Below, in pieces: positions 1 to 13,664 of a stretch of DNA of 64,000 bases (the first letter of the stretch is position 1; every line of letters starts with the position of its first letter). The position numbers and the translations under genes are program-made. The DNA is from Takakia lepidozioides (taxonomy: Eukaryota > Plantae > Bryophyta). The notes under the pieces are model-generated. The model was not told the origin of the DNA. It did not search any database and saw only the letters and a list, made by a program, of their open reading frames with translations. Where the stretch lies: contig CM060731.1 in the NCBI GenBank assembly GCA_030704615.1, positions 64,046,001-64,110,000 on the forward strand, read 5' to 3'.

Positions 1-752
1 CGTGCTTTGGGTGTTAGGGTTGTAAAGACAGATGCTGTCTGCGAGATGCTCGAGTGAAGGATGGAGGGAGGGTGGGTGCTGTGTTCAGTGTCATAATGCT
101 TGCTGTTCCAGGTGCACCACGAATAGTTTTCCAATCATTCAATCATTGTTGCCATGACATCTTCAATCGTAATGGACTCATAATTTTGGCTGTGTTTGCA
201 AGAGGTATCAATTTCTCATGCGTTGATTCCACTTTGGATATGGAAACCAAATTGTACATTTCCTTCGAGTGAGGTGTAAGCCTCTGAACTTCACATAAAC
301 CATGTGTTACTCTTCTGTACTAAACCAAATGACCAACATAGCTACAAACCAGTGGCAGCAGTTTCGAGTCAAATAGACTGGGAAGTGCTGTCAAAAGATT
401 GCTCAAGTGCATATAATAATCTGTACCCTCAAGTTCACAAAACAATTTTCTACTTTTGGGGCCTGAAAACTGTTACATACATTTAAGATCGAGGTTCCTC
501 TATTGTGCCCGATCCCAAAGTGTGAGCACAACAGTAAACACTTAACCTTCTGCTACTGCACACAGAGCAAGTTTCTTGCTCACAAGTAGTCTTTCCGCTG
601 AGCGGTAGTATCACATGTGCAGCTGCTGGATGCCAATAAGGTTATAGACGTAGGCAGATTTTGTACAAAAGATTGATCAGCTATTCTGACCCAGAGAGGG
701 TAAGATGCAAAATAAAGGTCACTATTGGCAAGTTATGTTTGGACCCCAAAGA

Positions 753-3700
753 TCAATGTTTTGAGAGCTGAAACCTGAACAACAACCTTACACCAGCCAA
801 TTCATTACCCTTTTTGTCATGTAATTGCACACACCGGTACCCAGTTTTCAGCTCAGCAACAGGGATGCAGGTTTGGCCCCCAAAATCATCCTTGTCAGTC
901 TTGTCATATTCGTGGACTTCAATGCGCAGAAGAGCCAGTTCAGGCACTGTCAATGGGAACTCAAATTCGGACTCCCACCTGGGAATCCACTCGTCCTCCA
1001 TGGTTTTGGTCTTCTTCATAACTGTGTCAGCCGGCACTCCAGCAATCCCAACCTGCTCACCATGCCCCCACCACCTCCATCAAGGAACACGCCTGTTTCC
1101 GCAGCTCTCAAATCTCTCAATCAGCCATTAGTGCTCTGGAAACAGAAATTCACATGAAGAAATCGAGTAACACAACAAGCACTGAATATTACCCGAGTAT
1201 AGAAGTCAGGTGGAGAGTAGCGGTCAAAGTGATGTTTGCCAAACTTTTCCAACCAGCCAAGACCCATTAATACCTTTACCTGTAGCCAAAAACATGACAT
1301 CACCAATAAGGACCCCAAAGTGATCTTAAGAGAACACCTGAGCACTGCACTCTAAAGAGAAAGTAGTGGGATGGAGAAACTATTCTTTGAACCTGCAGAC
1401 AGTGGATAGGATGAATTAAACCTTCTTCAAACATTCACTTGGTGGACAAATTACCAAAATTACGAAGGCAACAAATTTCTGCTTGACTGCATGCATGGAT
1501 GTACCCTCCCTATCCTTGTACTGCATGATGTCCCCCATGCCCAAAACACTACATTCATTCATGATGTCAACCCACCAAGCCTAACGCCAAGTTCACAGAG
1601 TCTGAAGTGCGCTTACTGGATTGGTCTCAAGAGGTGTACTAGGCGGATCAAATGACTGGTCCTGAAAACTGGAAATTGGAATGAACAGAGCTATATTGCC
1701 AGGGCTGCTGAAAGTTTTGGTATAGGAGACTCCCTGCCCGGAGCCAAGCAAGTTTCAGCTGTGCTGGAACACATGTTACAGACAGATTTTACCTTCAAAG
1801 TTAGCTTTGTAGGCTGCACTTCCCGTGGATTGAATATATTGTTACCATCCCCACTCTCAAGCAGAAAATGAGGCTTCTTCACATATCCACACCCTCCATT
1901 AGCTCTGAAAAATCCCTGGACCAACCAAAGAGGCCTTCCATACCCCTGCCACACACCACTACAGCAGGTATAGAATCTACTTATAAGACGTTTGCCATAG
2001 CCTTGTGGCCTTAGACCCTACAGTAGGTATAGAAATGTACTGGTACCGGAACAGCAACCTTCCAAACTTCTGCAGATCTTGTGAAGTACTCTAGAGTGTT
2101 TACTGCAAATTTCTAGAAGGTAGTGACAAGCCTGATATCGAATGAGACTGTGAATGATAATTAACCACTGGCATTGCCTACACACAACTGATCTCATTCT
2201 AGGGGAAGCGCTCTGGTGCAGAGAAAGACAATGGACCTGGTTGCCATGCCTGCCCTCATCCTCTTCTCTCCATGGTTATGGTCTCAACTGCTGGCAAACA
2301 CTGTTCCCAAATTGTTCTCGCCATAGAAAACAGAAAGGAGAGAGAAGAATGGGGTACCTGCATATTGAATGCAACCATCTGAGCTCCATGTGTCCACGAC
2401 ACCAAAGGGTTGTAGTTGGAGGAGTCAAATCGCAGGCCATATGGATAGACTCGTACAATGTTCCTCTGTGTAAACCTGAAATCATACGGAGAGTTTAATT
2501 AATAACCGTCTCAAAGAGACATCTATATCATAGAGAAGGGAAAAACTTTGAGTGGTGAGTCCAGCTATTGTTATGCTGCCTCAGAAGGTTCTTGAGGTTC
2601 ATTACAGTTAGCCACAGGCCATTGGCATTTGCACTTATCCAGCTTAGCGAGAGAAACACTTGGTTTTGTGATTAGCCAGTAAGGAATAAAGGCACATGAA
2701 GACCTACAGAACAAGACTTTCGGGATGAGCCTTCGCCACTTTCTGCAGCTGTGGCTCACTGAAACTCACACGCTTCACCAAGTCCTCAACTGTCAGTGTC
2801 TCTTTCAGTGAGTTTCCCTTTGGCTTCCCAGCTCGGATAGTGATGAGACGGGCATAACTCGGATCAAACGAATGGTTAGGTTGTGCTTCCTCGATTGTGT
2901 CGTTGCAATCCCCTACACCCCCCTGTTCATGCTCAGCAGCTGATGATGCCCTTGGCAATGATAACCCCTGCCAATAATGAAATACTGATCACATCAGCAA
3001 TGTAGCACCCAATTCCTTCTCCCAAAGAGCTAATTGAAGCTATAATTTTGACGGATCCCACATGCTGGCTTTCCATAGAGTTGCAACCCCCTAGGGGACT
3101 TCCTTGTAAGACCTCACCTTGTCCTTGCACCACTATTGCCAACATGAATGAACTTCAGTTAGTTAGCGAGTCCAGGACAATGTTGTCGCGTGAGATGATG
3201 TTCCTTACACTCCAAAGCAGTTTTAGGAGCAATCCTGTACCACAGGAGCATCTCAGTGGGAACGAAATAGATATCTAGCTGTCACCTGTCATTTGATGGT
3301 GGAACTTTGGAAACTCACTGCCCTGATTGAGGCATGGGAATCAATGTGTCCTAGTCAACATGCTGCTGACATTTGTGTATAAGCTTTTGGATGACCAAAT
3401 CACCTGGTCGTCAAGAGCACTCTGGAATTCAGGAACCTCCTCGCCCCAACTCTCGTCTTTCACAGGTTCCTCCACGGTCTCCTCCACTTTGTCTTGCTCT
3501 TCGAGCTCCTTGATGGGTGGAAAGTTTCCAGCTGTAGCTTCCAGATACTCCTTTGGTGGTTTGGTGGACACCACAATCCTCCTCTTCAATGATTCCGGGG
3601 ATGGAAACTCTTTCAAACCCATGTCCGTATCTGGATAGAACAGATCACTCCCCAAGACTCGTCTCAAGACCTGCAACTCTACACACAGTTACTAACAAGA

Positions 3701-5931
3701 ACACAAGTGGCAGTGCCTCTCATGATCATCTCTGTTTGAAGTGAGAAGGCTATGGTAAACAATGTGTTATGAGGATATTCTGTTTTTGAAGTGAGGATTT
3801 GTCAAAATGTGCCAATGGATCTCCTGGCACACAAATGTGTCAAACACAATGCCACTTTCTTATTGTAAATCCCACCAAGCAGGAACGATCTGCTGTTAAG
3901 GTCTGGAAAGTAGTTTGAGACTCAGATGGTAAGTGCCACTTAACTCGAACTGATTTCAGACATAATTTGGCTATCTATGCTAGCAATTTATGACTCACAC
4001 CATAAGCAGTGCAACCGATGAAGACATGAATAGAAACCAACCCAAACAGAAGTCTTTTAAAGCAGATGGTGTAGAACTCCACTTCTGACCCAGAGTCACA
4101 ATGAGGAGAGAGAAACAGAGAGACAGAGGGAATTCTACCTCTGCAGCTTTAGCCTGCAACGGTGCTGGAAGATGGTCCTCCAAGGTTACAACAACGGGAT
4201 ACTCAGATGCGACAAAGGCATTTTCTTTGATCACCGCAATACACTTCTCAAAATCCACAGGTGCTGTCAAAGTCCTGCATTTTGCGAAGAATGAGTGTGA
4301 GGTTTGCAAATCACAAATTTCAATCAGATTCAGCAATACATAGGATAAGAGCAAAAGTCTATCATGTAAGAAGATTACTGTCTAGGGTAATAGATCCAAC
4401 AAATGCAGCCACTTGGTGTGTGGGGTGGCCGAAACCTATCTGTGAAGACCTTTGCACTGGTTAGGGCATAGATATGAGGGTAACCAAACAATGAAAAGTC
4501 AAGTACCACATCTCTGTGATGCAAATTGCCCAAATGCTTCACAACAATATTCCACGGGAAAGCCTGGCTTTTCTTCAGCCATTTCTTTGGCTGTTCCTGT
4601 GAGAGCAGGGTGAGTGAGTACCTTTCCTCAAGTAGCCTTCTGTTTTCTGCTTGCACAGGAGGATTAGTGGGTACAGAGCAGAGGAGTTCTTAGTAGTCCA
4701 TAGCATGTAGAGTTACTACTGCCCAAAGACACCCTGCCTGCTTGCTCCGACTTAAGAAATTGCTGTGCATCCAAACAGATTCCCAGGCAGGTGTTAGAAA
4801 AGAGAACGTACTTGCCATGAAGAACTTGGATTTTGTCCTTAGACGAGTTAGGCCACAAGTCCAGTTCAATGACGCGCACTCCTTTGCGCAGTGCGTTACA
4901 GAGGGGAACTGTGCTGCAGTCACTGCTCAGCTGGTTGCCGGTCAGATATGAGTTGTGGCCTGTGTATATGTAATAATGAGCAAGTGGATCCGTCATATCA
5001 TGGTGAATCTGGCAGACCAGCCAGCACAGGAGAGTCAGGATGAATCCACTGACACTACAGTTACGTACACAGCATTGCTTGATGGTTTGCAGAAGTAGAA
5101 AATAAAGACATACTCTGCCCTCACACAGGTGACAATGGCGACTTGGATCTGATAGATATGCTTGATATCAAATAACTCATGGAAGATGGTACACTGTCCT
5201 CTCCTCTCCCTTCGTATCGCTTTTCAGTCACCCACAACAAGCAACTACTTTGCTACTGCCTCCAGTGTAACTAGTAGTAGGATTGCTCCCTCGAGCACTC
5301 CTTGGCTCTCTCAGCAGTTGTCGCTGATAGAAACTCATATAGAGGAGGAATACCGTTGACTGCGTAGAAGAACTCAACAATTTTCAAGCAAAGCACTCGA
5401 CAAGACCCGCCACCAGCTGCAAGAATGTCTAGACTTATGGTTGCACGACTGTCTCTAATAATAAAATATTCTCTCTCTTTGGGGGTATTATAGGGTGTGA
5501 ACGTGTGAACTTCAAATCAAAATATTCGCACATGTCAGAACGTCAAAGGAGGCTGCTGGAATAAGTGAGAAAGGAGGGTGGTGGAGAGGACTTACAGCAG
5601 AATTGAGGGGCGCATTGAGGGAGGCATTCAGTAAAAACTGAAAGAAGGAGTCCAAGCTCAGGCCAGGGCGATTCGACTTAGACAGATTGAGGATGGTTCC
5701 CACAGTGCCCGTAGACTGCTGATGCTGCTGCTGCTCCAGAAGATTTTGAGCATACTCAAGTGTGACCTGCGACTCGCCCTGAACTTCTCGTAGAAACTGC
5801 TGCAGCCTCACCGCATCTAAGGTCCCATTCTCGGCATACCTGGCGAACACATCCTGCACCTCTGGTACTGGCTCTATGGCATTTGTTTTGTAATTCCGGC
5901 TGAAGCATCCAAATAATTTGAAGCTTGTCAT
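753..5931 (-). CDS. PLC: Phosphoinositide-specific phospholipase C (EF-hand-like, X, Y, C2 domains), 9 exons
   Basis: Exons approx. 5931-5596, 5008-4812, 4274-4139, 3670-3404, 2967-2708, 2475-2358, 1945-1793, 1279-1193, 1052-753, with GT-AG borders in phase. X-box [46 protein letters not shown]; Y-box [42 protein letters not shown]; C2 [41 protein letters not shown]. Confidence 0.95.
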
Positions 5932-6629
5932 TGCGTCTTCCCTCTCCCACCTCACTCCCGCACTCTTGTCTCCAGCTGAGGATCCGTGTCCTAATCCCGA
6001 TTTTCTACCAAGATCGAAGCTGTTCAATGCAAGTCATCACATACATGGACATACATTATTACCCACTAACCGACACCTACACAGGATCCTACCTAAGAGA
6101 GTGGGACCCAGTTGCACGGTTGGATAACATCCACTGGCCAGCCATTGCCCTGCACGCTGCACATGGGCGCTTGCTCAAGGATCTACCTCCTCCTAATCCG
6201 CCTCGTCTCTACAACGACTTTGGAGGAGAAAAATCTTGTGGGTATTTGCAGACACGACGATGGCATCTCCACGAGTGTCGGATTGGGCCCCTACTTCATT
6301 GAGCAGGTGGGTCTAAGAAGCAGCCGCCCGGCCCTTCCCAGGGTCCAGCACTGTCAGAAGCAGTCTCAGAAATTTTGGAGGTGTTTTGCTTGTGGCTCCA
6401 CATTTGGGGAGAGGATGGGCAGCCAAAGTTTCACTTGTTATTCTGCTTCCATTGGCTTACATACCTTTGCAACAGTATGATGTGGGACTTTCGGAATGAT
6501 TTTTACGAGTGAGATATCCACCGCCCGGGATCTTTCAAGAGTTCCCTCTCCAACAGCGGGGAATTACTTGGATCGTAAATGCCCTCTACCTCTAACCTAC
6601 CACTGTCCTGCTTGGTCGGCTGACCTAGT

Positions 6630-7035
6630 GGATCAAACCGATGGTTCCCGAAGTGATGCATCACATTTTCCTTCCTCCCGGTAAAGTTGTCCACCACAAT
6701 GACGTTGTCTCCCCTGCCATCAGCTTCTCTACAAGATGGCAGTCTCACCTCACCACCTCTCGCAACGGTTTCCTTTTCAAGCCAAGAGGGATTTTGGCCC
6801 CGGGGCTAATGACTTGCAGTTGTTGCTTCCGAATCAACAATCTTTCCGATGATTTCCGGTAGCTACAATCGATCTCAGTCGAAGCCTTAGGAGGTATCTT
6901 AGGAGACTTAGGATCTTCTACGAATTGTGGCGCAGGAAATAACAAGTGAGGCTGAAGAAGAAAGACGGCTGTTGCAATTGCCATCCCTAACAGGATAGAC
7001 ATGAGGCGCTGTTCTCTTACAAGGTGCCTTCCCCA
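6630..7035 (-). pseudogene. UXS: 5' fragment of membrane-anchored UDP-glucuronate decarboxylase (UDP-xylose synthase)
   Basis: TM segment SILLGMAIATAVFLL, then KIPLGLKRKPLR and RGDNVIVVDNFTGRKENVMHHFGNHRF. The TGGAGFVG loop is deleted with a frameshift and the remaining exons are absent. Confidence 0.85.
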
Positions 7036-7097
7036 TAGTGAAAACCTGACCTATTTTTTAACTGTCATCTTTTCTTTCATCCTTTCTTAACAGGATT

Positions 7098-7470
7098 TCT
7101 TTTTTCTTTTTTTTTCTTTTTTTGTTAAATAAGGCCCCAGGGAGGCCAATATATTGAAGGAGGAAAAAATAACCTCCATGACATGCCATGGAGGCTCGTG
7201 AAGGGATACTGCCCCGAACCCGGAGTGACAAGGGGTAGGTCATAACAGAAACTAGAGATTCAAGTGGGAGGTGGTGCAAAAGCTAAGGGTTGGCCCTTCT
7301 ACGTTTGGATGGCTCAAATGAGAGCTGAGCCTTGGATCTCCCTCTACGAAGACTGCGCCTGTGGCTCCAATTCACATCTGATTCTTACCCATCCGTAGGT
7401 GAAAGACAAGTGCTAATGGAACTGCTAGCAGGGAGGGGGTCGTTCCAATCAATAGCGGCATCTGAGGTTC
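7098..7470 (-). mobile_element. Poly(A)-tailed retroposon 3' end (possible LINE tail)
   Basis: T-run at 7098-7123 is a poly(A) tail on the minus strand. Just upstream lie GAGGTTATTTTTTCCTC and GGGGCCTTATTT, also present in the SINE tails. The 5' limit is uncertain. Confidence 0.5.
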
Positions 7471-7474
7471 TGTC

Positions 7475-8622
7475 CAGTGTTGGGAGGGTATATTGATTTT
7501 TCCTACCCTCAGGGTAAGGGTATATATGATTTTGGGGGTCAAACTTATCCTGGGGGTAAGGGTATAATATATTTTTTGAAAATATTTACCCTCCAGGTAA
7601 GGGTATATATAAATTTTTACCCTCGGGGTAAGGGTATTGGGTGCCACATATACAATGAGGGTAAGGGTAATTGCAGGATAATGGTACCATTTTTATATCC
7701 TATAGGTGAATTAATTTAATTAATTTATGAATTTTATTAAATATTCGGAATAAATCATTTTCAACTGTATAACATCCCCAATATATAGAATTTAACGGGC
7801 TATGCCTTTTATTTTGAAAATAAAACAAAATATTTACTTTTTTTGTGGCTGCAAAATTTTAGCCCTCATTTATGCTCTTCTAAGGGCCCTAGAATATAAT
7901 AACAAAACAACACATTTGATCATAATGAGGTCCTAAATCACCAACGCTTGAAAGAGACGATAGAGAAAACGGCAGGGACCGAGGAAGGAGAGAGCTCGGC
8001 AGTAGCACACGCTTTTTGCAAGAAGGAGAGAGTGGCAAGGACCGGTCTTGGAGCATAAGATGTGGAGAGGAAGACCAACGAAGGGAAAAAAAATAAAAAT
8101 AAATGCTAGTGTTTGTCTTCTCTACTAGCAAACACGACACCTACCAACATGTTAGCTCGGATGAAAGTGCACTTAGTGCCACCCAGATTGCTACCTTGAT
8201 GGCTGTGGTGTGTTCTAGGCGGCGTCCCATGCGTAAGCCTTCATGGCGAGGTTATTCTGAAAGAGGTTATTTTTTCCTCTCACTATAACTAAGGGGCCTG
8301 ATTTGTGAGCTGTCACTCCCAGGTGTTTCCCGTTCAAAAAAACAAAAAATTATACCACACCTAAACCTAAACCCTAGTAATCAAATTAGTATACCCTTCC
8401 CTATTACCCGGCCATTGAACAGATTTACCCTCAGTGTAAGGGTATCCTTCGAAATTTCAAACCCCAGGGTATAATCCATTAAGGGTAAAACAAAAATAAT
8501 TATCCCTGACAAGGGTAGAGTAAGGGTATTTTTGAATTTCCAGGGTAGGGTATATCCATATACCCTTATTGGGTTTTACCCTCAGGGTATAATGGCAGAA
8601 AAAAGGTATCCTCCCAACAGTA
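7475..8622. mobile_element. MITE-like non-autonomous DNA transposon with GGGTA/TACCC subterminal repeats
   Basis: Inverted termini TGTTGGGAGG (7478) and CCTCCCAACA (8610-8619). Dense AGGGTA/TACCCT motifs at 7485-7670 and 8390-8590; AT-rich interior; carries a SINE. Confidence 0.55.
8143..8349 (+). mobile_element. tRNA-derived SINE, internally deleted copy
   Basis: ACCAAC start, degenerate A box, body matching 20485-20738, A-rich tail. Confidence 0.75.
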
Positions 8623-8837
8623 GTTTTGTCGCAGGGGGTCGGTATCCTGTGAGCACAGCGTGAACATGCTCACGTGAGCACAACCCACGGTCATGGGAGT
8701 TATATATTTTCAAAACGGAATAAAATCATAAGCGAGTATAGTTTTTGGTGCATTTGTACGGTACATCTGCGCCAATTCAGCGAGGCGAAACCTTCAGTAG
8801 TGTAGCCAGAAACCCTAAACCTATAGCGGCAGCGGCG

Positions 8838-9572
8838 AATTTCGCATTGAGAAATGATATGTGCTATGGGCCCAAACTGAATTTTGCAGTTGGGAAATGA
8901 TAGTTTAGGTGAATTTCGCATTGAGAAATTATATGTGCTATGGGCACAACAACAAATTTTATAGAGAACTGCTGATCAAAACAATAAATTTCACAATGAG
9001 AAATTACATGTGCTATGGGCACAATGCGAAACCCACCAACAATTATGTGAAACTAACACATAGAGAACAAGTAGCCCCTATACCTGATGAACATGTTACC
9101 CTATAGGCGTGGCTTTTTCCCAAAGCGAAACCCACCGCTGCTTAGGTTTGTGCCCATAGCACATATAAATTCACATTGCAAAAATTCACCTAAACTATCA
9201 TTTCTCGCTGCGAAAGGGAAAAAACCACGCCTATACGGTAACATGTTCATCAGGTATAGGGGCTACTTGTTCTCTATGTGTTTTTTTTTTTTTTTTTTTT
9301 TCAGAATAAAGGAAACACCTGGGAGCGACAGCTTACAAATGAGGCCCTTGATAGAGAGAGAAGAAAATAACCTCTCAGAAATGACCTCGCCGTAAGGCTT
9401 TATGATGTGACACTACGCAGGGAAGGGGGAGAAGAGCGTACCACACCCGTCAAGTAGCAAGATTTGACCCCAGAGTCATCCGGATGGCACTCAGTGCACT
9501 TTACCAACTGAGCTACTGAGTGTTGGTCTATGTGTTAGTTTCGCATAATTGTTACTAGGGCTTCGCGTTGCT
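8838..9572. repeat. Foldback / inverted-repeat element
   Basis: GTGCTATGGGC(A/C)CAA repeated at ~8862, 8935, 9010 and inverted at ~9148. Arm ~9037-9121 is the near-exact reverse complement of 9216-9282 plus 9528-9553. Confidence 0.75.
9281..9527 (-). mobile_element. tRNA-derived SINE, full length, with target-site duplication
   Basis: Minus strand reads ACCAAC..TAGCTCAGTTGG (A box)..GGGGTCAAATC (B-box-like)..poly(A). CTATGTGTT lies on both sides. Confidence 0.85.
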
Positions 9573-9717
9573 CCGCACTACTAGCGACGAATTCTGAGAA
9601 CCAGTTGAATTGGTACAAAAAGGGGATGGGTCATCCCCACGGCACGGGGTGAGTTGTTAATTTGTTGATGGGGTCTATTAAGTCTTATGAAAAGATGGAC
9701 TACATTGTGTTCCGATA

Positions 9718-9985
9718 CATGATGCAATTTTGGATTGTGAATGTTCAAGTCTTATTAAAAGGTATATTAATGCCATACTAAAGCCATTGGAGGATGGGGG
9801 TGCATGTGAAAACATTAAGGCTACAAGATAGCATGTTTTACATGAAGGTGCAATGCAATTTTGGATTGTGAATGTTCAAGTCTTATTGAAAGGTATATTA
9901 ATGCCACACTAAAGCCATTGGAGGATGGCGGTGCATGTGAAAACATTAAGGCTGCAAGATAGCATGTTTTATATGAAGGTGCAAT
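9718..9985. repeat. Tandem duplication, ~133 bp x2
   Basis: ATGCAATTTTGGATTGTGAATGTTCAAGTCTTATT...GGTGCATGTGAAAACATTAAGGCT occurs at ~9722 and ~9853. Confidence 0.85.
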
Positions 9986-10754
9986 GCATAGCCCACATTC
10001 TTGTGCATTTGTTGGTAAGATTTGTTTTGACTCACACTGAGTATGTGATTTAGTGATGCACATACCTTGGAACCCGAGCCCTGGCCAAAAAGTAGTAGTT
10101 TCCCATCAGCTTCGAAGAAGCACATATTCTCCACTACTGCAACACACGGAACCTGGGCACAAAAAACGTTACCTATATGCGGGATGGATTCTTACTTCTG
10201 CAAAGGTTTCTGTCCCTTTGTGTAATTAACACATTCTATCTCTTCCTACGCTATCATTTGGCCTTCATTTCTGTTATATCCATGGGGCTAACAACCAAGC
10301 CGCTACAGCAAGAAACATCTATTCAGTTTGCAGCATGGCTGAGCACCTTAAGGATGATTTGAAGGGCCTAGCTACAGTCAGCACTAGACTGAAATCTAAA
10401 CTGAGGGCGGGAGTCTACCTTAGAACAATAAACAGATGCAGACACGAAAATGACATTGTCAATGCCGGCTGTGTGGTCAGCAATATTCATTTTCTGACCC
10501 TGCTGCCATGACCCATTTGGGAGCTAGAGGCTAACGTCAGTAAATATGTTGCGGTGGCATTCTACAACAGAAATCCTTCCACAGGGAATCATAGGTAATC
10601 TGGAGCTTGAAATCCGGCCTTCTTGGATGAATCTGGACCCACACTCTATCCCTGCTCCTTTAGCTATCCATGCCTCTGCACAAATCATGCATACATCCTT
10701 GTCTTGATGCTAGCAGCTGACAATGACAGCCTAGAATTGGTTAGCATCCCATAC

Positions 10755-12050
10755 AACAATTGCTCAGCCACATTTGGCATATATGGTATTGTTCAAAATC
10801 ACATCTGGTACAATTCCAGCTTTGGTGATGCAACCATGCACCTCTTTGCCCTTCTCCACGGCTGCCAGGCTTGCCCACGCACTGCACACGCACACAAATG
10901 TGATATGGTCGGGCTTCACCCCTCCCCCCATCATTTGCTCATAGGTCTCGAAAGCCTCTATCCCGCGCCCCTGTTGTGCCTGCAAGCATCGCGTTCCACG
11001 ACACCGCATCTCGTTCAGCCATAGTGTTGAAAACTTCCTTCGCATCCTTAATGCACCCACATTTTGCATACATGTCCACCAGGGCAGTGTTCAGGATGAC
11101 ATCTGGTATAATTCCAGCTTTGACGATGTTACCATGGACCTCTTTCCACTTTTCCAGAGCTCCCAGGCTTGCACACGCATTGCAAATAAAAACAAATGTG
11201 ATGTGGTTGGGCTTCACCCCTTCGCACATCATTTGCTCATAGTTCTCCAAAACCTCCATCTAGCACCCAGCTTGTTGTGCATATCCGGCAATCATTGCAC
11301 TCCATGACACCACATCTCGTTCAGCCATACTGTCGAGCACTCCCTTTGGATCCTCGATGCACGCATATACATTTTTACATTTTTGCAAGGCAGTGTTCAG
11401 AATGCCATCGGGTACAATTCCAGATTTGACGATGTCACCATGGACCTCTTTGCACTTTTCCAGGGCTGCCAGGCTTGCACACGCATTGCAAATGCAAACA
11501 AACGTTATGTGGTTGGGCTTCACCCCTTCCTGCATCATTTGCTCATAGGTCTCCAAAGCCTCCATCCCGCGCCGTTGTTATGCATATCCTGCAATCATCG
11601 CACTCCACGACATCTCGTCGCTTCATACATGTCCACGAGGGTATTGTTCAAAATGACATTTGGTATAACTGCAGCTCTGACAATGTCGCCATGCACCTCT
11701 TCACTTTTTTCTAGAGCTGCCAGGCTTGCACACGCATTGCAAATGCACATAAACGTGATGTGGTCGAGCTTCACCTCTTCCCCCATCATTTGATCATAGG
11801 TCGCCAAGGCCTCCATATCACACCCCTGCTGTGCATACCCTGCAAGCAGTGTGTTCCACGTGATCGAAGATGGTTGAGCCGTTATGTTGAACACTTGGTG
11901 AGCATCCATGATGTTCCTGCACTTAACATACATGTTGACAAGGGTGTTGAGTAGAAAAACATTTGGCGGGAATCCACTTTGGATAATGTGAGTGTGCATC
12001 TGCTTTCCAGCTTCCAGACCTTCCATCTTGATGCACTTAAGCAAGAGACA
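10755..12050 (-). pseudogene. PLS-class PPR protein pseudogene (about four P-L-S triplets)
   Basis: Repeated EALETYEQMMxEGVKPNHITFVCICNACASLAALEKxKEVHGxIVKAGIVPDVILNTALVDMYAKCG...RDVVSWSAMIAGYAQQ units, broken by stops and frameshifts. Confidence 0.92.
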
Positions 12051-12659
12051 GACATACGTATCTGAAATGTCTCCTTGGTTTAAAGTCTGTACAGAGCTTT
12101 GTCAGACTGCCTGCCACACAAAGCATCTTCACATGGCCAGAAGTGCCAGAAGAGGCATTGTGGACTCCCTCTCTTGATCCTCTTTCAGAAGTTGTGGTCG
12201 TGGTTGAGGTGTCTGATTTTAGCAAAGGCGCCGCTGCAGCTGCTGCCTTTAGGTGACCATTTACCCATGCAAGTTTCTTGTAGCTATTGATCCAAAGGGA
12301 ATCATAGGTAATCTGGAGCTTGAAGTTCTAGGAAACACCCAACTAAACTTATCACACTAGTTCCTATGCTCAATTGCATCTGCTACTCTCCGTAATCCAA
12401 TAGGCATTCACATTTTTGCCTCGATTGTCCTACCATTAACTGGGGTCAGAAAAGTATTCATTCCACAGCTTCTCCTCATCTCTATTATCTGTTTCTGGAT
12501 ACTTTCCTGTTGTCACATTGGCAATATCATGTCAGTCACTCCAAACTATCAAAGGTTCACTCACCCAGCTAACTTGCAGAATTCAACACGAAAACTTAGG
12601 GCCGATTATGATAAGAGGGGAAAACAGGGTGAAATGTGTTGAAGAAGGTGCCTTCATTA

Positions 12660-13600
12660 GCAGTGTCTGACTTTATCAATTGTGCCGCTACCGGGTCAAC
12701 TTCTTGATGATACGGAAGGGTGTTCCAGGGGCCGTGCTGATGAGCCCAAAAGCAATGGCCAGCTTCTCACTGTGAAGGCAAAGAAAATTCCTCTTGTTCC
12801 TCCTCCATATCATGCAGTACAAAGCGTGTATACCCAGAGTCCTTCATCTGTGCAGACAACCTCTTCAGCTCTCTATTGTACCCCAAATTTGTCATTGTAT
12901 GCACCTGCTTGGCCATTGCAATAGAGCTATGGTCTAGCTCCTTTCTGACCCCTCTTTTCTGCATCATTTTTTTCACTCTGGTTGTGCCGTCCCACCTGCC
13001 AGCCGCAACATCGATGTTTGATAACAGAACATAAGTTCCGGCGTGAGGCACCAAGCAAGGGCCCCCACGCTGCAGCATCTGGTTCAATTGGCATTCTTTT
13101 AATTAAGTCCTCTGCCTCAATCAAGTGGCCCGCACGGCCAAGGAGGTCTACCACGTAGCCAAACTGCTCCACTTTGGGAGTGAGCCCATGATCCCGACTC
13201 ATTGAATCAAAGTAATGGTAGCCTTTATCCACCAGGTCCACATGACTACGTGCAGAGAGAACATATGTAAAGGTGATACTGCTCGGCTTCATGCCTTCTT
13301 GTTGCATTTCTTCAAACAGTTGCAGAGCCTCTCCGCCACAACCCTGCTGAGCATATCCTGCAATAATCGCACTCCATGAGACCACATCTTGTTCAACCAT
13401 GTTGTCAAACACTTCACGGGCATCCTTAGTTCTCCTGCATTTGGCATATATGTCAATGAGGGTTGTCTCCAGAATGATATCTCGTGCAATTCCAGCTTTG
13501 ATAATGTCAGCACGAACCTCCTCGCCCTTTTCCAGGGCTGCCAAGTTGGCACATGCGGTGAGAAGGCAAACAAATGTAACCTTGTTGGGTGTCACACCTT
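12660..13600 (-). pseudogene. PLS-E/E+-DYW PPR pseudogene (C-terminal part)
   Basis: VDLLGRAGHLIEAEDLIKRMPIEPDAAAWGPLLGA, AGTYVLLSNI...[17 protein letters not shown]...VLHDMEEEQ and [14 protein letters not shown]; frameshifted, truncated 5' near a CACTA-like element. Confidence 0.9.
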
Positions 13601-13664
13601 TTTGAATAAAATAGATGAGCGTTGACCCTAGCAAGCCTGCAACAAAAACCTCTGGTACTGCAAT

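Noticed and set aside
54-272. Terminal exon of an upstream + strand gene
   Set aside because: A plausible AG acceptor exists at ~111, but no recognisable protein motif in any frame.
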